64,000 bases of DNA from Spirochaetia bacterium (GTDB taxonomy: Bacteria > Spirochaetota > Spirochaetia > SP-2023): contig CBDDCK010000004.1 of the NCBI GenBank assembly GCA_965225855.1, forward strand, positions 256,001 to 320,000, given 5' to 3'. A program made the translations under genes and the position numbers. Below the pieces are notes generated by a model. It did no database searches, was not told where the DNA came from, and saw only the letters and a program-made list of their open reading frames with translations. Below, one piece after another: positions 54,861-62,776 of this stretch (the stretch's first letter is position 1; each line of letters opens with the position of its first letter).

Positions 54861-56141
54861 GTGAGCCTATATTTCAGTGACCAGCTACAAAAACTACAAG
54901 AGCAGGCAAAAACTAGCCAGTGGACTTTTCGCCAAAATGCTCTAGAAATTTTTCACACTTACGGCTTGCCTCATCGCAAACAAGACCCGTGGAAATACGT
55001 AGACAATTCGGCTCTGCTCAATTTACCGTTTATAGAATCTTGTCCAAAAGTAAAAACAGACGAATCAACCTATAGGCAAACCCAAATTGTCGAACAAGCA
55101 GTTGAACCAGAAAATATGGATTTTGTTTGTTTTGACAACGGGGTGGTAACTACTTCATCTTTGTTGGATTCTTTGAAGCTTTTAGAGATACAAGATATAG
55201 AGCAAAATTTGGCCAAGTGGCAATTAGACAAAGCCAGTTTGCAAGCAGAAGAAAATAGTTATAGTTTGATCAATGCTTTTAGTTTTGAGCACGCCTATGA
55301 GCTAAAGCTGGGCAGAAAAAACTCGGTTGTTCGGTTGCGTTTTTGTGGTGATTTTAGCTATCAGGCTTTGCGCTTGTATATAGAAATACCTGCAGATTGC
55401 GATATTTCTCTTTTAATCGACAGCCAAGAATTGGGGGAAAATGCCTACTGGAATCCTTATTTCCATTTTGTGCTTGGCGAGAATTCTCATTTGACATTAT
55501 TAGAGCGGGGGCCCCGTTTGTCAGCAGAACAGTCACAACATGTGCGCAGTGTAAGTTTACGGGGCAGGGTTTCTGCAGGAGCTCAAGTCCATAGCGCCTT
55601 ATTTTACTGGGGTACTGCATTGTCTATCCACGATGCGCGCCTAGCTATTTGCGGTGAAGCTGCTGATGTGCAGATGCGAGGCATTTGCTTTGGCGAAGGA
55701 ACTTCACGCTACCACATGCGTTGTGAAAACCAACATTTGGCTCCCCGTTCCGAATCTCAATGCCTATACAAAAATGTTTTGTTTGACAAAGCCAGTAGTG
55801 AATTTTACGGTATTATCCGCGCAAATAACGATGCCGTGGGTACCAATGCAGGGCAAAGCAATCAAAATCTTTTGTTATCGAACCAGGCTAGGGCTATTGC
55901 TCGACCACAATTGGAAATTTTGATAGATGACTTGAAATGTCAGCACGGTTCTTCTACCGGCAGCATTGATGCGGAAGAATTATTCTACATGCGCGTGCGT
56001 GGCCTGAATCAGCATGAAGCGATGCGGTTAGCTGTGGTTGGTTTTGTCGAAGAAATTAGTACCTATTTTTCTGCTAAGCTTTTAGATGCCCTGAATATTG
56101 AAGATTGTTTGCACGCCCTCTTAGATAAGAGAAATACATAA
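54861..56141 (+). CDS. sufD: Fe-S assembly protein SufD
   Basis: WKY, RPQLEI..DDLKCQHG, LFYMRVRGL; GTG start after GAGGG. Confidence 0.9.
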   Translation: MSLYFSDQLQKLQEQAKTSQWTFRQNALEIFHTYGLPHRKQDPWKYVDNSALLNLPFIESCPKVKTDESTYRQTQIVEQAVEPENMDFVCFDNGVVTTSSLLDSLKLLEIQDIEQNLAKWQLDKASLQAEENSYSLINAFSFEHAYELKLGRKNSVVRLRFCGDFSYQALRLYIEIPADCDISLLIDSQELGENAYWNPYFHFVLGENSHLTLLERGPRLSAEQSQHVRSVSLRGRVSAGAQVHSALFYWGTALSIHDARLAICGEAADVQMRGICFGEGTSRYHMRCENQHLAPRSESQCLYKNVLFDKASSEFYGIIRANNDAVGTNAGQSNQNLLLSNQARAIARPQLEILIDDLKCQHGSSTGSIDAEELFYMRVRGLNQHEAMRLAVVGFVEEISTYFSAKLLDALNIEDCLHALLDKRNT

Positions 56142-56211
56142 GGCTATGCCTACACTAATGGGGGAGTTTGTTCTTTAAATATTCTAGCATTCATGGTGCG
56201 CTACCGTTGGT

Positions 56212-57489
56212 ATGCAAGCAAATTTAGAGGTTTCTGTTATGAATAAATTGCGGGTAAAATTTTCCTTAAAATACTTACAGGAAAATTTTAACGATAACGA
56301 GCATATTCAGCCCTTTATTGGTAGCGTTTTTATTTTTGGTTTAGCTATCGGTTTATATCAAAATGTTTTGCACAACTACCTTTCCGATGTCTTACAATTT
56401 TCACCCGCAGCACGCGGTTGGGCCGAGTTTTTCCGCGAACTGCCGGGTTTGTTTTTAGTAGCAATTTTTGCGCTGCTCTACCGTTTTACTGAGAGTAAAT
56501 TGATACGCATTGCCTTTGCTATTTCTACCTTGGGTATGATTGGCCTATTATTACTTATGGAATATACCTTTTGGGGCATTTTTTTCGTAGTGATTTTCAG
56601 TACTGGCGAACATGTTTTATTGCCAATTCGCGATGCTTTTGCGATGCACCATGCCAAAGTGGGTAGGGAAGCCAAAGCCATAGGGCGGACTCAAAGTGTT
56701 CATAATTTGGGGTTAATTTTGGGTTTTACTTGCGTGAGCCTAATATTTTATTTGTTTCATTTTTTGGGCAATGCCACTGGTAAGTATTGGGATTTTCGTT
56801 TGAGCTATATTATTGCTGGGCTTTGTTTGATAGTAGGTTTTATATTGACTCTGCATTTTTCAGACTTAAACCAGTGCATTAAACGCGAACGTTTTTACTT
56901 CCGCAAGAAATATTGGAAATATTATATTTTGGAAACATTTTACGGTGCTCGTAAACAGGTATTTTTAACTTTTGGCCCCTACGTTTTAATTTTAATTTAT
57001 GGCCTGCGAGCCGAACACCTAAGTTTATTACTTATTACGAATAGCTTAATGGGCATTCTTTTAGCCCCAAAACTAGGCCAACTGATAGACCATTTTGGTT
57101 ACAAAAACATGCTAATTGTCGATGCATTTTTGCTGATTTTAGTTTGTTTGGCCTATGGTTTTTTGCCCCTATGGCTGCCTGGCAAACTGGGTATAGTGCT
57201 CGTTTCCGGCTTGTTTATTTTGGACAGTCTGCTTTTCCATATCAGCGCGGCGCGCAATGTCTATGCTCGCACTTTGGGCGACCGCCAAGAAACTATGGCA
57301 ACATTAGCTACAGGGGTTTCATTAAATCATGTTGTTAGCATTATTATTGCCATTGTCGGTGGCTTTTTATGGGAGAATTTGGGTTTACAATATCTATTTG
57401 GCACAGCCGCGATATTTGCCCTATGCTCTATGCTGTTTTGTTTGAGCTTGCCAGCAGTCAGCCGCCAGCCTGCTAGGGTTGTTGCTTAA
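56212..57489 (+). CDS. MFS transporter
   Basis: About 12 hydrophobic segments, LGQLIDHFG loop motif. Confidence 0.85.
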   Translation: MQANLEVSVMNKLRVKFSLKYLQENFNDNEHIQPFIGSVFIFGLAIGLYQNVLHNYLSDVLQFSPAARGWAEFFRELPGLFLVAIFALLYRFTESKLIRIAFAISTLGMIGLLLLMEYTFWGIFFVVIFSTGEHVLLPIRDAFAMHHAKVGREAKAIGRTQSVHNLGLILGFTCVSLIFYLFHFLGNATGKYWDFRLSYIIAGLCLIVGFILTLHFSDLNQCIKRERFYFRKKYWKYYILETFYGARKQVFLTFGPYVLILIYGLRAEHLSLLLITNSLMGILLAPKLGQLIDHFGYKNMLIVDAFLLILVCLAYGFLPLWLPGKLGIVLVSGLFILDSLLFHISAARNVYARTLGDRQETMATLATGVSLNHVVSIIIAIVGGFLWENLGLQYLFGTAAIFALCSMLFCLSLPAVSRQPARVVA

Positions 57490-57544
57490 AATAAAACTAT
57501 TTTTATCATGCTATTTTTTTACTGTGGAGGTTTCGATGTTCAGT

Positions 57545-57911
57545 CTAGCGCAGGATTTATTACACAAAGTTGGTATGGGCATCATACTGTTCATACATAA
57601 GCAAAGAAGCAACAACTTTCTTTTTTATACAGTATAACTTCCTTAAATATAATCAAGATAAGATATATCACATGCAAACTGGCGCAGCACAGCCACACAT
57701 TTACCCAAAAGATTTTGAACGACTTATGGTGATTATATATAATGAAACGATCGACTTAAAATTAGAAGGCATACTTTCCTCATTTTTCGATATTATTGCA
57801 AACAATAAAAAGCAAGCCCAAACACTAACCCAACTGCGCGATACCCTTTTACCAAAACTGCTATCCGGCCAACTGCGTATTGCCGATGTGGAAAATTTCA
57901 TTAAAGACTAA
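57545..57911 (+). pseudogene. hsdS: 3' remnant of type I R-M specificity subunit HsdS
   Basis: TGAAQPHI and TLTQLRDTLLPKLLSGQL (HsdS C-terminus); N-terminal two-thirds missing; upstream SAGFI is in a different frame. Confidence 0.85.
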
Positions 57912-57918
57912 GATATTA

Positions 57919-58101
57919 ATAGATGGGAGGCTATCCTATTATAGATTTGGGTCGATTCTATTATATAGATGGGAGGTTATTCTATTAATAGATTTGGGTC
58001 GATTGTATTATATAGTTGGGAGGTTATCCTATTATAGATTTGGGTCGATTGTATTATATAGTTGGGAGGCTATCCTATTAATAGATTTGAGTCGATTCTA
58101 T
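57919..58101. repeat. 46-47-bp tandem repeat x4, each unit two ~23-bp palindromic halves
   Basis: Units start at 57919, 57965, 58012, 58058: ATAG(A/T)TGGGAGG(C/T)TATCCTATT + ATAGATTTGGGTCGATT(C/G)TATT. Confidence 0.9.
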
Positions 58102-58137
58102 GGCTAGAGGGGGCTGGAGTGTTTATGGGTTGGGGGA

Positions 58138-58593
58138 TCAAGTTGGTTTATTTGGCTTATTCCATTTACGGTATAACTTCTTGATACTGGAATATGTGCT
58201 ATCCTCATCAAATTGTTCTGGATGATCGCCTATAATATCACAAACTAGCACTTGATATTGATCTTTTGCTTGGCCGTTAGGTAAATATCCCTTTAAAATT
58301 AACAAAGCCAGCATTTCTAAACAATTGATGTAGTCTTCTCTAGCTACTGCTATTTTTAGTTCAAAACAGCATATATCTTTTGCCCCCAGCTTATCAAATT
58401 CATTTGATACCATAGCTTCTAGTAATATAGAATCCCAAACGGCTTTACGCTTTGCCAGCCTCGAGTCTAAATCAATAATGACTTGAAACTGATTACTCTT
58501 CCTAAAGCCTTTAAGCTGAACATAGGCTATACAAACTAAAAGGAAATTTAGCGCAACACCTGTGATACTAATAATATCGGAATTAGAAAGCAT
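58138..58593 (-). CDS. Hypothetical protein with N-terminal TM helix
   Basis: 151-aa ORF with one TM segment; starts 8 nt after the upstream 58-aa ORF. Confidence 0.7.
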   Translation of the reverse strand: MLSNSDIISITGVALNFLLVCIAYVQLKGFRKSNQFQVIIDLDSRLAKRKAVWDSILLEAMVSNEFDKLGAKDICCFELKIAVAREDYINCLEMLALLILKGYLPNGQAKDQYQVLVCDIIGDHPEQFDEDSTYSSIKKLYRKWNKPNKPT

Positions 58594-58601
58594 TTATAAT
58601 T

Positions 58602-58778
58602 TTACTCTGAATCTTGTTGAGGTTTAAGCTGTCCAGTATCGGGCTCGGTATTCTTCTCAAGTTCTGCTTTAGCCTTAGCTAAAATTTGTTTTACCCGCCG
58701 ATCATTAATAATCGTTTGGCTATGTTTTTGGCTTTTTTCAACTCTCTTATAACCTTTATCTTGCGGCTCTTCTGCCAT
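58602..58778 (-). CDS. 58-aa charged hypothetical protein (below ORF-track cutoff)
   Basis: AAGGAG RBS; MAEEPQDKGYKRVEKSQKHSQTIINDRRVKQILAKAKAELEKNTEPDTGQLKPQQDSE. Confidence 0.6.
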   Translation of the reverse strand: MAEEPQDKGYKRVEKSQKHSQTIINDRRVKQILAKAKAELEKNTEPDTGQLKPQQDSE

Positions 58779-58982
58779 AGAATGCTCCTTTTAGTGTGGT
58801 ATATTGCTGCCTAAAGGGTAACCTAAACCAAACAAAAAACAAATTGCACTAGTCCCCAACCAAAAATCAAAATAAAATATATAATACGGAGCGGTTTTCC
58901 GTTTTAATCTATAGCTGGAAGGCTAGGGGTTATAGGGCAGAGCCTAAAGCCATAACCACAAACCCCCAAAGGTAAGGGCGCA

Positions 58983-60032
58983 TTGATGCACATTAAAAGT
59001 ATTAAAATTGAAAGTTTTAAGGGCTTTAACCGGGAAAGCGGTAGCTTTTTATTGGATAACATTAATAGCGGGCTCAACCTACTGGTTGGCCACCCGAACA
59101 CCGGCAAAACTAGCGTGCTAGAAGCCGCAGTATTTGGTTTATCTCATCCACCCAATAACATCTTTACTTCGCTCTACCATGATTGGCATGAGGAGACAAC
59201 CTTTGAAACAGTAAGCGACTTTAGGAAATTATTCCCGTTTAATTCAACAGATATGGAGCTGAACATAAGCATAGAAAGCCACCACGGCCAAAGGCAAGAT
59301 TGCCAGGCATTTTGGCAAACCGATGATTTCGTCAATGAGGCTCTAGTTATCACCGATACAGCGCAACCCCCCGAATCCGATGCTCGGCCCCAAAGAACCA
59401 TATCCTTAACGAACGGCCTAAATGGCGGACTTATGGCTGAAAGAAAGAGTCCAGCCCAACATTTCCCAGATATAGGTATAGCATGTGCGCACTTCGTTAG
59501 GGCCTTTGTACCCACCTTACAAGACCATGCTCTTAAAACACTTGAAGACTTAGCAATCGAACAAAGGCTTTGGCAACTCCTTAGGCCCATGCTGCCGGCC
59601 TTTAAGCAAATGCGGCTCAACGGCAGGGAACTAATCTTTTACGATGCCCAAGACCGCCCCATGCCATTGTCCTATATGGGCACTGGCATTATTAAAATGG
59701 TAAAACTAATCCTACCTTTGTTTACTTTCCCAAACAGGGTATTTTTTATTGACGAAATAGCCGATTCCCTTCATCCGCAAAGCATTCTGCAATTCCTGCG
59801 TATCTTACTGCCGCTAATTGTGGAACAGAATATTCAAATTATCGCAACCAGCCATTCGTTCGATATATTAGATGTTCTGGCCCAAAATTATCAATCATTT
59901 CCAGAATACCATCAATCGCTGCAAATACACCGCTTTCTATCCCAAGATAATGGTAAAACTAAGGTAAAACAAAGCTCATGGCAAGAAATGGAAGCTATCT
60001 TTCCCACATTTATTGACGTAAGGGCGCAGTAA
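58983..60032 (+). CDS. ABC-type (AAA_15/AAA_21-like) ATPase of a putative defence/toxin module
   Basis: IKIESFKG, Walker A GHPNTGKT, signature-like LSYMGTG, Walker B FFIDEI, SLHP, ATSHS; no TM partner. Confidence 0.85.
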   Translation: MMHIKSIKIESFKGFNRESGSFLLDNINSGLNLLVGHPNTGKTSVLEAAVFGLSHPPNNIFTSLYHDWHEETTFETVSDFRKLFPFNSTDMELNISIESHHGQRQDCQAFWQTDDFVNEALVITDTAQPPESDARPQRTISLTNGLNGGLMAERKSPAQHFPDIGIACAHFVRAFVPTLQDHALKTLEDLAIEQRLWQLLRPMLPAFKQMRLNGRELIFYDAQDRPMPLSYMGTGIIKMVKLILPLFTFPNRVFFIDEIADSLHPQSILQFLRILLPLIVEQNIQIIATSHSFDILDVLAQNYQSFPEYHQSLQIHRFLSQDNGKTKVKQSSWQEMEAIFPTFIDVRAQ

Positions 60033-60691
60033 TGAAAGCTATCGTATCAGAAGGCCAAAGCGATGCTCTAGTTATACAAAAGATCATAGAATTACGGCAG
60101 CAAGAAACAGGGACAAAGCAGGGTATTCCGCCCATTAAATATTTGGATCCAAAAAGTTTTGCCAACCCTCAACAAACATTAAACCTAAATGGCGAAAATG
60201 TAATGAATATTATTTATACTCGCGGTAATACGCATTTATACCGGTTGGTTTGTGCTTTGTTTGACCAATACCAAGAGCAAAATATCGAGATATTGCTAAT
60301 TTATGATTTAGATAGCAAGGAAAGCGAACACCACTCAAATACACAAAAACTTATTAATGCTCTAGATTCTTCTAAACAATTACAAGAAAGACAAAGCCAA
60401 GGCTACCTAGATTGCTTTACATTTCAGGAAGATTTGGAAGGCTTTTTAATAGAGTACCTAGAGAGCAACCGCCCCGATTGGTACCGTAATGTATGTAAAT
60501 GCACCGAACCATGGCTAAAGTGCCTAAACGCAAGACCGGTATTTTCCGACTGGAAAAGCAATAAAAACAAAGAAGCACTATTGCGACTGATTTACCAAGC
60601 ACAAAATGCAGATGGTGCCCACTATGGTTTATTCCCCGAATCATTCTTTGAATGTTTTGGAATGTTTTGGAATGTTTTGATTGGGAACTAG
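60032..60691 (+). CDS. TOPRIM-like partner protein (DUF3226/RloB-like)
   Basis: IVSEGQSD, IYDLD (DxD), DLEGFL; TAATG overlap with the ATPase. Confidence 0.65.
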   Translation: MKAIVSEGQSDALVIQKIIELRQQETGTKQGIPPIKYLDPKSFANPQQTLNLNGENVMNIIYTRGNTHLYRLVCALFDQYQEQNIEILLIYDLDSKESEHHSNTQKLINALDSSKQLQERQSQGYLDCFTFQEDLEGFLIEYLESNRPDWYRNVCKCTEPWLKCLNARPVFSDWKSNKNKEALLRLIYQAQNADGAHYGLFPESFFECFGMFWNVLIGN

Positions 60692-60759
60692 CCAAAATAA
60701 ACAATACAAAAGAAGGTAAAGCTCTATTAAAAGCCATTAATAAATTCATTGGGCTTTCA

Positions 60760-60865
60760 TAAATATTTAGGCCAATATTCTATAGCACTTGCTTGACAAA
60801 TGGGCGTAATTTGCAATAATAGTGCTTTATAAAAAATTACATATACATAAGGTGGAATATATGGC
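60760..60865 (+). repeat. 106-bp promoter-RBS-ATG direct repeat, copy 1
   Basis: 103/106 identical to 61824-61929; contains TTGACA, AATAAT, AAGGTGG, ATGGC. Confidence 0.95.
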
Positions 60866-61787
60866 ACAAAGAAAATCAGAATCTTCTACAAAAAAGCCAA
60901 GTTTAACTATATCACGTGAACAGGTAAAGAAAGAACTTCAAGATCGAATTGATAAAGGCAAGGAGCTGCAAACACAGTCTAACAATTTAGTCTCAATTGG
61001 AGGTTTAGATCAATCCGAGTTTTGTCTGTTAACCGATTCAATGTCTAATAATTTAGCCTCAATTGAAGGTTTAGATCAATTGAGAACAGAACAAGACAAA
61101 TGGCATGAATATAATATAGAGTATCTGTCTCGTTGTTTTGATATTGATTCAATATCACAATCATATGAAAATCGTGGCATTCGTTTATTATCATTCGGCA
61201 CAAGAGAAAGCCCAGTGGAACAAATTAAAAGATTCCAAAATAGAATCGGTGCTCAAATTACTGAGTTAGAGTCCATATTAGAGAGGCTCAAATTGATTCC
61301 AGAGCTTAATATCCCAGATACCCCCAATAAATTACTTCAAAAACAAAATACAAATGATAATAATTCCGTATTTATTGTTCATGGTCATGATGAATCAGCA
61401 AAAGCAAATGTTGCAAGATTAGTAGAAAAACTTGGAATGGAAGCTATTATTTTGCATGAACAACCAAATCAAGGGCGAACAATAATAGAAAAGCTTGAAT
61501 CAAATGCCGCAAGTGTTGGATTTGCTATTGTTTTACTGACTCCTGATGATACAATAGATTCTAATGGCAAGAAGCGTGCAAGACAAAATGTAATTATGGA
61601 ACTAGGTTATTTTTGCGGTTTACTTGGGCGGAATAAAGTCTGTGTTCTTTATAAAGAGAATGTTGAAATACCCAGCGACTGCTTAGGTCTTGCTTATATT
61701 CCGTTAGATAGTAATGAGGGTTGGCATCTAAAACTTGCGAAAGAAATGAAAGAAGCTAAGCTAGATGTTGATCTTAACAAGATATAA
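60861..61787 (+). CDS. TIR-like (CAP12/Pycsar-type) nucleotide-binding domain protein with helical N-terminal domain
   Basis: VFIVHGHD, ILHEQ, TIIEK, AIVLLTPDD, RARQNVIMELG (catalytic-type Glu), IPSD. Confidence 0.88.
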   Translation: MAQRKSESSTKKPSLTISREQVKKELQDRIDKGKELQTQSNNLVSIGGLDQSEFCLLTDSMSNNLASIEGLDQLRTEQDKWHEYNIEYLSRCFDIDSISQSYENRGIRLLSFGTRESPVEQIKRFQNRIGAQITELESILERLKLIPELNIPDTPNKLLQKQNTNDNNSVFIVHGHDESAKANVARLVEKLGMEAIILHEQPNQGRTIIEKLESNAASVGFAIVLLTPDDTIDSNGKKRARQNVIMELGYFCGLLGRNKVCVLYKENVEIPSDCLGLAYIPLDSNEGWHLKLAKEMKEAKLDVDLNKI

Positions 61788-61823
61788 TATCAAATGTAAA
61801 TCGTATGTTTTCTTATTATTTCG

Positions 61824-61929
61824 TAAATATTTAGGCCAATATTCTATAGCGCTTGCTTGACAAATGGGCGTAATTGGCAATAATAGGGCTTTATAAAAAA
61901 TTACATATACATAAGGTGGAATATATGGC
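61824..61929 (+). repeat. 106-bp promoter-RBS-ATG direct repeat, copy 2
   Basis: Matches copy 1; ends in the start codon of the next gene. Confidence 0.95.
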
Positions 61930-62644
61930 CATACAATATGAATTACTAAAGAATCATTTGGGCGACGAACCAAAAGGCTACCATGCTTTGGTATGCAACC
62001 AAAGAATCTATAACCGAAAAGAAATTATTGAAATGATGCTCAATCGCGGCACTCTATTGACCTCAACCGATATAGAAGCCGTATTAGCTTGTCTAGAAGA
62101 TGTTATCAAACAAGTAATAAAAAATGGCGAAGGCTTAAATACCGGTATCTTTACCATGCGTATAGACATTAAAGGCAGATTCCCTGACCCGAACAGCCAT
62201 TTTGACAAAGCCCACAACAACTTGGCCATTAATATGACGGCCAGCAAATCCTTAAAAGAATCGCTGGAAGATATTGAGCTAGAGCGGGTCTATAGCTCTG
62301 GTAAAGAAGCCCAAATAACTATGGTGGAAGACATAAACAGCCAAAAGAAAGACAGCGTCCTGACCCCGGCAGGCCCCTTAAAGGTTTGGGGCAATCGCAT
62401 CAAAATAAGTGCCAGTGCCCCCGTTGCCGATAATCAAGAAGGGTTATATGCGGTAAATATAGCCGATGATACGGCAACCAAGTTTGGTACCGAGATCAAC
62501 AATAAGCCTTCCGAGTTGATTTATATAGTGCCATCGTTAACAGCCGGGAAATACAAGCTAGAAGTACGTACCTATAACACCGGCTCTAGCGTAGGAAAGC
62601 TGCTAAAAGTCATTACCTCGGAGGCCACATTTACCGTTAGTTAA
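61925..62644 (+). CDS. HU-like DNA-binding domain + Ig-like (DUF4469-type) protein
   Basis: IQYEL..NHL, RGTLLT, G..LNTG, KGRF N-domain; LTPAG..G..IKI, NNKPSEL, L.AGKY.LEVRT C-domain. Confidence 0.75.
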   Translation: MAIQYELLKNHLGDEPKGYHALVCNQRIYNRKEIIEMMLNRGTLLTSTDIEAVLACLEDVIKQVIKNGEGLNTGIFTMRIDIKGRFPDPNSHFDKAHNNLAINMTASKSLKESLEDIELERVYSSGKEAQITMVEDINSQKKDSVLTPAGPLKVWGNRIKISASAPVADNQEGLYAVNIADDTATKFGTEINNKPSELIYIVPSLTAGKYKLEVRTYNTGSSVGKLLKVITSEATFTVS

Positions 62645-62776
62645 AAGGGCATAAAAGCTGGGAAGTCCATTCCCCCATTGCTGTTTTACGCTAATAGTGC
62701 CAAGGTTTCTGCCGATCTACTAAGATCATGGGGCAACATCGCTAGGCTTTCCGCTAAAACGTGAAAGGCAAAACAA

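Noticed and set aside
57919..58101. Possible CRISPR array
   Set aside because: Intervening segments are themselves repeated (no unique spacers) and no cas genes are in the window
57880..58107. 75-aa repetitive ORF
   Set aside because: Just a translation of the tandem repeat
60822..61924. ORF-track starts at 60822 and 61874 giving a shared N-terminal peptide LYKKLHIHKVEY
   Set aside because: The shared peptide is the translated promoter repeat; the AAGGTGG RBS supports ATG 60861 and ATG 61925
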